Assembly: GCF_964355755.1 (NCBI RefSeq)
Contig: NC_092679.1
Location: 5,796,201 to 5,860,200 of the forward strand
From: Antedon mediterranea
Taxonomy: Eukaryota; Animalia; Echinodermata
DNA: 64,000 nucleotides
Reading direction: 5' to 3'
The translations under genes and the position numbers were made by a program. Of the stretch, positions 37,176 to 49,785 are shown in pieces. The number at the start of each line of letters is the position of its first letter. Positions within the stretch are counted from its first letter, which is position 1. Below the pieces are notes generated by a model, which made no database searches, was not told the DNA's origin, and saw only the letters and a program-made list of their open reading frames with translations.

Positions 37176-40100
37176 TTATATCCTGTTTGTGATCACATTT
37201 GTTAAGTCATCTTCATACAAAAGGTAACGTTTCATAACATTTGTAATTTCCATTTTATCTACAAATTCTTTAATATGTTGGAGACCTTTGGGTCGTAGAA
37301 TTTCCCGGATTGCAAGGCGACACAGATGCTGCAGACGGCCAGGAACTTCTGCACAATAAAACAAATGTAAAACAAGTTTAGGAACACAACAAAAAATTAA
37401 AATAGGCCTAACAAGTATAGATTAACTATGGTGTGTGCTTGTAAAATTTATAAGTATATATATATCTGTAAGAGCACACTGTAATTCTTAACTGCTCAGT
37501 GATAGATTGAAAATTAATTCCTTGTGGTATGGTTCAAATTCGAGTGGATAGTTTATATGTAGGGGTATATATAAAACCGAAATCAAATTACTGAAAAAAT
37601 GGCAACGCTGTGGGAGTGGCTGCATCTCAATGGAGATACAAACTAAAATAAGCAAAAGCTAAATCAAAACAATAAAGTAAAGCAGCCTAAATAGACAAGT
37701 TCTATTTCCTCTGAAATATGATGTAAGAAGCATTTTTGGGTAGAAGCTGGGATCCACTTGATTTAGGATATTTCGACCTCGCTGATTACGAATATGGCGG
37801 ATCCCAAGCGAAATTCGGCCATCTAAGCCCTTAATTTGCATAATTAAAAATGGCGGCCATTTTTTATAATTACCCTATATCTCGAGAACCACTAGTCACA
37901 GATAATTAATTTTGGTGTCAAAATGTTTTAAATATATGTTTTTATATTCACTTTAATGACACATTTTCTCAAAAAATTGATGCAAGTCGTATTTCTGACA
38001 TTTTGACCTTTGACCTTGATTTATCGTATCTCAGTAACCAATAATCGGAGAGACACGAAATAGGGCTCAAATTGTTCAGAAACTATACATTCTTATTTAT
38101 TATAATGAAATGTTTTTACAAAAAATGGCCGATTCTACAACTATTGACCTTTGAACTATTAGTCAAATATAATAATATAATAATAATATAACTTTGAAAA
38201 TTGTGGTCTTATGAATTTTTTTTTCTTTTTAAATTGTTTAAAACATGTGTGTTTCTATACAGTCTAATGGCACATTTTGTACAAGAATGGCCGATAGTAT
38301 GGTTATTGACCTTTAAACTACAGCATAGGCCTACTGTATACTGAATATAATATAATATAATTGCATAACTATGAAATTATTTATACTCAATAATAATTAG
38401 TAAAATTATAAAATTCACTGCCATCAAATATGATGTGTTATGATTTATATAGATTTAAAAAAAAATTGAACACGCAAGTTACATTTGTTGAAATTTAAAA
38501 TTACCTGCCATCAATATGATGGAGTATGATTATAGATTTTTTAAAATGTGAACATGTCAGCTACATTTGGAAATTACCTGCCATCAATATGATGGATTAT
38601 GATTATAGATTTAAAAAAGAATTTGAACACATAAGCTACATTAGAAAATTACCTGCCATCAATATGATGGATTATGATTATAGATTTAAAAAAGGATTTG
38701 AACACGTCAGCTACATTTGGAAATTACCTGCCATCAATATGATGGATTATGATTGTATAGTACCAGCCATCAATATGATGGATTATGATTATAGAATTAA
38801 AAAAGAATTTGAACACGTCAGCCACATTTGGAAATTTGGAAATTACCTGCCATCAATATGATGGATTATAATTGTATAGGTTTGAAAGAATAGTGAACAC
38901 GTAAGCTACATTGGGAATGAACATGTTAAGGGCATCAGTTTTGATCATTCATGCAAAGGTTTCCGTCATCTTTAGCGTTGTTACAGTAGCATATTAAAGC
39001 TGTACATGGTAGTTTTGACTTTTTGCACCTACATCTATATGGTTATGCATCGTGTCTTGCATCCACAATAAATCATCTCTAACGAAGCAGTAGGAATAGC
39101 TTCATTTTTCAGAAGCACTGGTTGAAGTTTACCATTAGATAGCTCCCAACCAAAATATGTTGGTGATGGCAAATGCTGGATTGGCGATACAGCTTTTTTC
39201 AATACGAGTGCTTGGAAGTGTGCTCTTTTTATATGATGCTGGTGCACTGCATCGCTTGTTGGAGGTAATTTTTTTTTTTTTAAACATGGCATGCCTAACT
39301 TAAAACTGTCGATAAAGGACACCACCAGACAAAGATGAACCAAAACACAGAGACCAATTCGTCGAATTATAGAAAGTGGTGAAATACCGCTGCCAAATTG
39401 CTGGTCAAACTTGTTGGCATTACAAGATAATAATGCAGATCTGACACGATTTCTATCAGAGGAGTTGATTCGTCAAGCTCCTATAGACAAAGAAATTGTC
39501 ACAGCTGGTGGATTTATGAAAGAATCAGTTGTTAAATCATCAAAATTGTACACGAATACGTTGTCTCTGGTCAGACCATGAAGAATCGGACACGAGACTT
39601 GTCATGCTGCCAATGTCCGATACGACACAGTTGTAGTTGCTTCTAGGGATACAGACGTACTAGTGATTCTAGTGTCTCACTACCAAAGCATGGTATCCAA
39701 ATGGATGATGACAGGGACATCCAAAAAAAGAAAGTATCTATAAAAGACATTTTTCAAGCCTTGCCCGAGGGTTCTGCAAAAGCACTGATTCCATTCCACA
39801 CTATTAGTGGATGCGATACTACCTCATATCCAGGGAAGAGTTAAATTATATTAATACCTACATACAGTAATTTAACTCTTCGCTGCTCATATCTAAGTGG
39901 TCACTCAAAGGCATCGGCATGGGAAGTATTAAAAAAAGGTATGAACTAATTAAAGACCTGGGAGAAAACCTATCAGTGACCAAGTTATTATGAAATCGGA
40001 AAGATTCATTTGCTACGTTTACGGTGTTGGTCAAGTTAAAAGTACCAATAAAGTTAGGCTTTAAAAAAAAAAGGCATTACCTCCAACAAGCGATGCAGTG

Positions 40101-43100
40101 CACCAACATATAAAAAGAGCACACTTCCAAGCACTCGTATGGAAAAAAGCTGTATCGCCAATCCAGCATTTGCCATCACCAACATATTTTGGTTGGGAGC
40201 TATCTAATGGTAAACTTCAACCAGTGCTTCTGAAAAATGAAGCTATTCCTACTGCTTCGTTAGAGATGATTTATTGTGGATGCAAGACACGATACATAAC
40301 CTGCCAATAGATGTAGGTGCAAGAAGTCAAAACTACCATGTACAGCTTTATGCCGCTGTAACAACGCTAAAGATGACGGAAACCTTTGCATGAATGATCT
40401 TAACTGATGCCCTTAACATGTTCATTCCAAATGTAGCTTACGTACGTGTTCACATTTTCTTTTAAATCTATACAATCATAATCCATCATATTGATGGCAA
40501 GTAATTTTCAAATGTAGCTTACGTGTTCAAATTCTTTTTTAAATCTATAATCATAATCCATCATATTGATGGCAGGTACTATACAATCATAATCCATCAT
40601 ATTGATGGCAGGTAATTTCCAAATTTCCAAATGTAGCTTACGTGTTCAAATTCTTTTTAAAATCTATAATCATAATCCATCATATTGATGGCAGGTAATT
40701 TCCCAATTTCCAAATGTAGCTGACGTGTTCAAATTCTTTTTTAATTCTATAATCATAATCCATCATATTGATGGCAGGTACTATACAATCATAATCCATC
40801 ATATTGATGGCAGGTAATTTCCAAATTTCCAAATGTAGCTGACGTGTTCAAATTCTTTTTTAAATCTATAATCATAATCCATCATATTGATAGCAGGTAA
40901 TTTTCTAATGTAGGTTACGTGTTCAAATTTTTATTTAAATCTATAATCATAATCCATCATATTGATGGCAGGTAATTTCCAAATGTAGCTGACATGTTCA
41001 CATTTTAGAAAATCTATAAGCACACTCCATCATATTGATGGCAGGTAATTTCAAATTTCAAATTTCAAAAAATGTAACTTGCGTATTCAAATTCCTTTTT
41101 AAATCTATATAAATCATAACACATCATATTTGATGGCAGTGAATTTTATAATGTTACTAATTATTATTGTGTATAAATAATTTCATAGTTATGCAATTAT
41201 ATTATATTTAGTATACAGTAGGCCTATGCTGTAGTTAAAAGGTCAATAACCATACTATCGGCCATTCTTGTACAAAATATGCCATTAGACTGGATAGAAA
41301 CACACATGTTTTAAACAATTTAAAAAGAAAAAAAAATTCATAAGACCACAATTTTCAAAGTTATATTATTATTATATTATTATATTTGACTAATAGTTCA
41401 AAGGTCAATAGTTGTAGAATCGGCCATTTTTTGTAAAAACATTTCATTATAATAAATATGAATGTATAGTTTCTGAACAATTTGAGCCCTATTTCGTGTC
41501 TCTCCGATTATTGGTTACTGAGATACGATAAATCAAGGTCAAAGGTCAAAATGTCAGAAATACGACTTGCATCAATTTTTTGAGAAAATGTGTCATTAAA
41601 GTGAATATAAAACCATATATTTAAAACATTTTGACACCAAAATTAATTATCTGTGACTAGTGGTTCTCGAGATATAGGGTAATTATAAAAAATGGCCGCC
41701 ATTTTTAATTATGCAAATTAAGGGCTTAGATGGCCGAATTTCGCTTGGGATCCGCCATATTCGTAATCAGCGAGGTCGAAATATCCTAAACCAAGTGGAT
41801 CCCAGCTTCTACCCAAAAATGCTTCTTGATTCGTTTTCTAGGCCGTTTTTTGAGAAATGGAACCTGTCTAAAAGATAGGACTATATGTTAACAGGTTCAA
41901 TATTTATACCCGATATATTTCTTATCCTACAGGTATAAATATGTTATATGTATTATAAATAGATTAGGTAAAAAGATACTATAAATAAAATACCTAGGAA
42001 TTGTTTGATATGTGGCCAGTAGGGCAAGCAGTTTATGAGCTGCACTGAGCATGGGCACACTTGATTCACTTGATGAGCATAACAAACCGCTAGGCTGATA
42101 CTCCTCTGCAAGTAACTTGTATCGTATCCACGCAAATCAAACATACACACGCAAGATGAATAACAATTCAATTGCGGTTTCAATCCGCAGTCCAACAGAT
42201 ACTTGTACATGTGCAGGCTGGCAAAATCAGCAACTTTTTGGTAAAAACGAATTACTTTTGTGCATTTACACTCCATTTTTAAACCATAGCTGAATAATCT
42301 GTTCATCTCTGATATATCATCACGTCCTTTACGAGTCCCTGTGGCAAAAAATACATCTTTTAAATAGCACCCTCCAAACCCATCTTCTTCGCAATGAAGA
42401 CGCGCTCCTTTGGAGAGGAGAAAAGTAAACAGTTTTCTTGATTTCGAGTCGTACGAAAAGCGCAAAGGTGACTTGACGTCAAACTTTTTTGGTAATTTTT
42501 TATGTCGGTGGATAAAGCCTGTATTGACATCAACCCCGTAGCTTAGAATGAGTTCTGCTGCTTCTACGTTGTCATTAAGTGTGGTGCAATGTAAAGGAGT
42601 CCATCCATTCACTCCACGTTTATATTCCAGTTGAGTGACAGGCAGTAACAGCTTCAGTGATCTAAAAAAGGAAATAACCCCAGATTAATGTAAATACAGT
42701 AAAGCATCCTTAAGGGTCTTTTACACCTGTCTCAGCATGGTTCTGATCTGGCGAATAGAAAGTCCATGTTTTGTTTTCACAACGCTCCACGCAGCTGTGC
42801 GCCAATCAATATGCGCCAATCGATATGCACGTAGCCAAGTATAATAAGATGCTATACTGTATTGACTAGAGATTGATAAGCTTGGTTGCTGATTGCAGTG
42901 TGTCAGATTAGAGTAACATTTTATTTTCATACTCAAGTCGATTTTTTTCAGCAGCAAAATGAATTGCTTTATAGGCATCTTCAGTTAAAAGGTTGGGATC
43001 GGCACCGGAGTCAAGTAAGTATTTTATACAGTCTGTGTGTCCCTCTTGAGCTGCTATGTGTAAAGCTGTTGCACCATCAAATATCTGTGTATTGACCTTA

Positions 43101-46100
43101 CCACCTAGGACACAAAAGACACATGTCAACAACCAACATATGAAGCATCAATGACAAATAGAGCTATAATTTTATAGATTTTAAACTTTTCATATTTTTA
43201 TTAATATGATTTTTTTTAGATTGTACCTACTTTGAATTTTTAACTTTTTAACTTTTATACAATCAGAATTTTTAACTTTTATACAATCAGAATTTTTAAC
43301 TTTTATACAATCAGAATTTTTAACTTTTATACAATCAGAATTTTTAACTTTTATACAATCAGAATTTTTAACTTTTATACAATCAGAATGTTCTGATAGC
43401 AATTGCATTTTATAACACTTTTGTTAACATTTTATTACCTCCGCCAAGGAGGTTATGTTTTCACCCCTGTATGTTTGTGTGTGTGTTTGTGTGTTTGTGT
43501 GTTTGTGTGTGTGTCTGTGAACAGCCTGGAGGCCACAGTTTTTATCCGATTCTAACCAAATTTGGACACAATGATCTATGGCCAAAAAGCTCGGACGAGT
43601 TCGAATTTGAGGGGGAAAGGTCATAGGTCAAGGTCACAACTAACAAAAAACTATTTTACTGCCTAGAGACCACAGTTTTGATCCGATTCTCACCAAACTT
43701 AGCCACAATGATCAATGACACATCATATAATTGTGGTTAAATTTTGAAGGGTCAGGGTCAAAGATCAAGGTCCACAAAAAAAAAAAAAAAAAAATAATAA
43801 AAAAAAAAACCCTCAGTGGAACTTGAACCAGCGATCTCAACTGTGAGAGGCTGGACACATAACCATTACACCACACTGTCATCCACAACTTTGTAGTGTG
43901 CAGTTAACATATTTACACTTAGAACTAATAAAAAAAAATGTAAAAAAAATATATTCAGGGGGAATTTTATGTAGGGGAATTTTACAGTAGGCGGAGGTTT
44001 GTACTCTCGGAGTACCCTCTAGTTATTGCATATTTTTCTATGTATTTTTTTTAATTTGTTAATGTTGGTTTTATTGTATCGTCCTAGTTGACAGGGGCTG
44101 GTCAAGCACATCACAAGATCACAGTTTTATCGTCCTAGTTGACAGGGGCTGGTCAAGCACATCACAAGATCACAGTTTTATCGTCCTAGTTGACAGGGGC
44201 TGGTCAAGCACATCACAAGATCATAGTTTTATCGTCCTAGTTGACAGGGGCTGGTCAAGCACATCACAAGATCACAGTTTTATCGTCCTAGTTGACAGGG
44301 GCTGGTCAAGCACATCACAAGATCACAGTTTTATCGTCCTAGTTGACAGGGGCTGGTCAAGCATATCACAAGATCACAGTTTTATTACTTTTGCTTTTCC
44401 GCTACTCCCCTGTTATACTTTATATTTTTTGTTATGTAGAAAGATTGAAAATAAATAAATAATAATTATGGACATACTGCAGGTTAACTTGCACAGTGTT
44501 AGGGAGTCTTTCATGTCAGTTTCAGTTCCAGTTTTATTTCACACAACATATTACACTATATATACATTTGTACTTATAAATAATAATAAAATATTTAATT
44601 TCGTGTGGAGATTACAATAAGCCATAATAAGCGGAGGTCCAAGTGCCAAAATGATGCTTCGTTAACACGTCCCATTGCCATGTTTCTACACACTCAGCAC
44701 ACCAACTTTTTTTGTTAGCTAATACCCTGAGACAAAATAATCACGATTGGATTTCAAGGTGACCGCAGTAAATTTGCAACGGCACACCTCGTGATTATTT
44801 TGTCTCAGGGTATTAGCTAACAAAAAAAGTTGGTGTGCTGAGTGTGTAGAAACATGGCAATGGGACCTCTCTATACAAGCTATTGGACCTCCGCTTATAA
44901 TGGCTTTAAATCTGAACCTCAAGATTTGCAACGGCTATGCAATTTGCGTTATCGTTGGTTAAACATCAATCTAGAATCGACCCAAAACATTGAGTGAGGA
45001 AACTCAAAAATTGAAATCCTCGGAATATCTAGCTTAATAACTGCGTACACAAATCCCTGGAAGTGATGTTAACTAGTGCACTTGTTGGCACAAATAAGTA
45101 ATGTATTGATGCGTTATTCTCCTTAGTTGCTTTAAAAACTAAAAGAAAAAATCTGTTTATATAAGTTTTATATTCAAATAATTTCATACCAGCTTCAACA
45201 AGCATCTTCAGACACTGAGTATTACCATACTGGGCTGCGACAAAAGTAGGTGTCATGCCGTCAACATCTTCTGAATCAACTTCACCTCCAGCCTTCAAGA
45301 GTTTGACGAGAATAGCTTGATTGCCTCCCCATGCTGCAGCATGCAGTGGGGACTGTTCACTCATGTCCACAGCGTTAACATCAGTTGTCTTACACTCAAG
45401 CAGCAGGTCAACACACTTTTCATGATTTTGATCACAAGCTGAAAGAATCAAACACTACACATTCATTTGGCGTGTCATACATCAGTAAATAATGAGATGA
45501 ATTTCCTCTAGCATTAGGAATGCTAACATCTTACACAAAAGATGTCTTGAACTCAGATGAATACCTGTGGACATAATTTGAAATCATATAATCCTGCAAT
45601 GAATTAGAAAACATTTTTTTTTTTTTTGAGAATATATAATCAATTGGAACACATTGACATATGATTTAGAAAACGCAACATCTGTGGAAGTGTTTGAAGC
45701 AAAATTGGACAAGTATTTGTCAAATAAGGACTTTCAATACCATTCTGGGCTATGAGGCATTAACTGATTGTGGGTCATGTATATAGTAATTGAGGTAGTT
45801 ACATGCTATCATTGGAAAAAGGGTTTTGGAACTAGTATTCAGCACATTGGCCAACTAGTGTGTGAGTAAGGTGAATTGAACTGGGCAGTTTTTAGCAGGT
45901 AATCAGCAAACACCTCAGTGTCTGTATGCAAGTGATAAATCAAATTTGCCATGTGAGAAGGCATAGATCTGCAGCTCTTGTTATTTCTGTTCCTGTTTAC
46001 CATTAATAAATGGCTAACTATACTGACCTTCAAATAGGGGAGTAGCATGTTCATTATTTGGTAGGGTTGAATTAGCACCAGCCTTTAGTAGCACTTCTAA

Positions 46101-47082
46101 TGTCTCTGAATGCCCTGCATTGGCTGCTAAAAATACACTAGTTTCTCCTTCAAAAGTTCGGCCATCAATTTCTGTAAATAAAAATGTTTTATACAATCAT
46201 TTCATACCATACACAACACACAAAAAAACAGTAGGCCTATGGAGTATACATATTGCTGTACAATCAAGCCTGTAGTGAGAGGTTAAAAACAGACGAGGCA
46301 ATTAAGCACTTGTCAATTGTATGACCCACTATACGACCCCCGGAAGAGGTGCGTCATTTGTCCGATGTGTCATACCTTATGAATACCATGACGCATGCGT
46401 GTGCGTCAAAAATGTGAATTAAGTGTCCATGATGCACCCATTTTGATGCACTGTGACCATGTTGGTGGGTGGTAAAGTGACGGACATTGACCCACCATTG
46501 TTCATTGATGTGACGTACCATCTAGGTTTTTTGACGCACCCCTGCGTCAGTAATTAATTGTAAATGACGCACCCATGATGCATCTCTTCCGGGGGTCGTA
46601 TAGTGGGTTAAACAATTGACAAGTGCATTAAGATTCTTTAAATATACAGTAACTATTAATATAAAACATGACATAATGTGCTGGGGAATTGGAGGGGTGG
46701 GAGAGGTAAAAATTTAAAAAGCCTGTTGGCTACAGCCCTTACAAAGGATTTTTATATAGTCTGGTTGAGAATTCAACATTGTAAAATAAAGTTCTAAACT
46801 TAAGCTATATGCAAAACATTGCAAAACTTAAGGGGAGGCTGGTGAACACTACACATGATTATCACCTGTACTGTCATGATTTAGCAACAACTTCAAGCAG
46901 TTAACATTGCCAGCCGCAGCTGCTTCATGTACAGGAAACCAGCCTCGATTGTCCGATATGTTTACACGACAACCCTTATCTATTAGTTTACTCAGTGTGT
47001 CTGCATCACCTGCCTTGACTGCTGAGCCTACAGTGGAGCAGCGATCTGGATATGCCTCTTTGAAATCCATGGCACCAAACAC
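37176..47082 (-). CDS. ASB3: ankyrin repeat and SOCS box protein, ASB3-like
   Basis: Exons 47082-46866, 46171-46028, 45438-45190, 43104-42933, 42661-41994, 37348-37176. N-terminus MDFKEAYPDRCSTVGSAVKAG and DNRGWFPVHEAA resemble ASB3; multiple ANK repeats; SOCS box VPGRLQHLCRLAIRE...KRYLLY. Confidence 0.85.
37692..41870 (+). mobile_element. Academ-like DNA transposon derivative with ~1.6-1.8-kb inverted arms, in ASB3 last intron
   Basis: Termini TAGACA(A/G)GTTC(T/C)ATTTC, 3-bp TSD AAA. The frameshifted internal ORF carries XPG/PIN-like motifs (SRDTDVLVIL, FHTISGCDTTS) and the C-terminal LPPTSDA..HIKRAHFQ..FGW..CGCKT Cys-rich region typical of Academ proteins. Confidence 0.8.
39831..39885. mobile_element. 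55-bp hAT-like mini-element
   Basis: TIR CAGGGAAGAGTTAAATTA with a perfect 8-bp TSD CTCATATC; a 36-bp sister copy sits at 33466-33501. Confidence 0.75.
43240..43388. repeat. 24-bp minisatellite, ~6 copies
   Basis: Unit TTTTTAACTTTTATACAATCAGAA. Confidence 0.9.
43434..44023 (+). mobile_element. non-autonomous Helentron/HINE-like element
   Basis: 5' ATTACCTCCGCCAAGGAGGTTATG, then a (TG)n microsatellite, a 3' subTIR GGCGGAGGT, hairpin GTACTC..GAGTAC and terminal CTAGTT; inserted in T-rich DNA. Confidence 0.75.
44077..44384. repeat. 51-bp minisatellite, 6 copies
   Basis: Unit TATCGTCCTAGTTGACAGGGGCTGGTCAAGCACATCACAAGATCACAGTTT. Confidence 0.95.
44619..44906. mobile_element. palindromic MITE
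   Basis: Outer TIR AAGCCAT.ATAAGCGGAGGTCCAA plus ~75-bp inner inverted arms (44669-44746 vs 44790-44866). Confidence 0.7.
46305..46627. mobile_element. Harbinger-like MITE
   Basis: ~45-bp TIR GCACTTGTCAATTGT.T.ACCCACTATACGACCCCCGGAAGAG with TTA flanks; TGACGCA-rich interior. Confidence 0.7.
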
Positions 47083-48060
47083 TGGTTTAAAATAACACGA
47101 AAAAAAGGAAAAATGTTATTGTACTCACACTTTATACATGGATGAAGTGCAGGGAGTTCTAATTAGTAACTCGCTGGATGTAGGAAGGCCAATGAATTTT
47201 GTTGTAAAATATTCAGGGATGTACTAATCCTTAACTATAATATTATATTAGTTTAGGTACAAACTTGTACATTTAATATTTGCAATCCAATGAGTAGAGA
47301 AGGGATGTAAAAAAATATAGCTCATTTTTTTGTAAATCATACAGTTTTTTTTTACTTTTGTTTTCCCTCATAAAGGGCTATTATTAGTGCAACGTAAACA
47401 TTCAGGTTGGTCACATGAATCTTTTTGTCTTGATTGGTCGAATTGGACCTGATCATTGGACCAAAAGGGGGGAGATATACCTCCCTGGTTTCTAGCACAG
47501 TAGTAGAGCCTATATATGCCTAGTTAGTGGGCCTATTAATATATTGCTACAGCCCCCCCCCCCTTCCCCCTAACTAATACAGAAGAATAGTAAAAGTAGT
47601 AGCAGTAGGCCACATTGCATTATACGCGACCGACTTGAAACGTGACGACCGAAATGATCGATAACTAGAGAGTAACGTCACTCCAGACTCTATCTAGCCT
47701 AGGCCTAGGCCTAGCCTAGTTAGAAGAACAAGCAAATTATTGTAGTAGGCTAATTATTGATAACATTTATCATGACATAATTATGATTTGTACACAAATT
47801 ACCTAGGCCTAGGTTATGTTTCTTGTTCACTGCTGGACAGTTTGGTGTATTTTGACTTATTAATGTAGGCTAGGCATGTTGTGCGTGTGACACTTCATGA
47901 TGTACAGCAAAGAACTTATAACACAAGAATCTCGATCTCCTGTTCTTCAATTTGCATTCAAAACACAGTATCGGAAGTACAGGGTTAAAAGGTCAAACTG
48001 GGCGACGCCATTTCACAGCATGGAGCAGCGCCCCCTCCAACTAGGAAGTCAATTACTCTA

Positions 48061-48140
48061 ACCCCCCTCCCCCTCCCTTCCTTTCCCCCCCCCCCTTCCC
48101 CCTCCCTTCCTTCCCCCTCCCCTTCCCCCTTCCTTCCCCT
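48061..48140. repeat. polypyrimidine (CCCTT-rich) tract, G4/H-DNA-capable
   Basis: ~80 nt consisting almost only of C and T, with many C3+ runs. Confidence 0.8.
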
Positions 48141-49785
48141 AGAGTATTAGCAGATCCCCTCTCTATGATTTTGACTTTCTAATTTGATGCGGGCGCCCTA
48201 CTCCATGGCCCACAATGGCGCCACCCATAGCTCTATTCTATCCCACAATGCCTTTCAAAATTGTTACGCGCTTCGGACTAGTCTGGGCTGCTCCAGACGG
48301 AGTTTTGTCTTAATATTAGTAAAAATATAAATATTTTTGCACATATGGCGTTTCATACGTGTATTACTTGAGTTTGGATACTCCAACAGAAAAATCGCGG
48401 TCGAAATAAAAACAAATAAATATAAAAAAAGACAATAAATACAGACTTGGGGCAAGTCTAGCTTCGGACGAACAGGAGATTCTTGTGTAATAAGTTCTTT
48501 GATGTACACTAACCACACTCTCTCAGCAGCTCTCTACACAGTGTAAACCTAATTCATGCATCGTGCGCACCATGTGATGACGTAATGATGCTGTTCTCTG
48601 TAACCTTATTATAACGTTTATGTAGATTTAAGTCGTATCTTTTTTTATTTTCAACATCATGTAGGCCTATAATTTTTTTTATTCGTTTTTATTACAAGCC
48701 CCAAACGGGTTTTTTCAAATAAAAAAGTATTTTTAATTGTGATCATGAAGAAATGACATTAGCAAAAAAAGAATAGAATAAGGAAATAATATTATTCCTC
48801 ATCGACATTATATTTATAAGTATTTTTAGGGCTGATATTATGATCGTGCTAGCAATAAATAATTATCAGAGGCGTGGCCAACAGTCACTGACACTCTGAT
48901 CAATCCGATTTTGATAATAATGTTTGACTCGGGCTAGCCCTATTATTTATATATTTATTCTGTCTTTATACTGAATGACACTTTCAGTGCTAAAAGCATT
49001 GATTTCCAAAGTGATTCAGTAGAGAACATTAGCAATTATTATAACAAAAATAATTCAAAGACTAACTAAAAGTAGTTTACATTAGTACATAAACACTCTA
49101 CAAAACATACAGTATATAGATGGAATCGTATACTATATTATATACTTAATTATATTCGTGTTGTCACTGATCATGATATTGTAATATTATATTTATCAGA
49201 AGCAGATATTTAAAGATACGACATACAACTGATAGCTATCTCCCCCTCTCCCAAAACAAAAACGACGAAAATCAAAAAAAGAACTTAGCAAAATATGAGT
49301 TGGGCCCTAAACGTAAAATTCAAATTACCGCAATAAAAACATATTTAGAATAGCTTCCTATAATGTATGATTATTTATATCTACTGAAGATACCATGGCA
49401 ACTTTTTTGCTTGAATACACTCCGATTCAATCATTCATTCAGTTTATGAAAGCGGTGACCATGGCTACATGATTATTGATGTCATGCTCCAATGATTATA
49501 CTACGCCATTAGTCGAAACAAACCCTAATTAAAACCTCTTACCCGCAGCCAAATACCTCACCTTTTCAATCGAATACGAACGGTAAGCTATTTTTAATAG
49601 AATAGGCACATAAAACGTTCCCAACCAGGAGACAGTGGTTTAAGAGAAATCGATTATAGTTTATCTATATATATAGGCCAGCTATATAATAAAACATTTG
49701 TATTTTTCAATTTGAATTGTGAATGTTAGACATACATTACTATTAGTATAATTATTCTTTTGATACTAGAAGCTTTGTCCCAGTG

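Noticed and set aside
38526-38861. 111-aa repetitive ORF ([11 protein letters not shown])
   Set aside because: Subterminal tandem repeats of the Academ-like arm.
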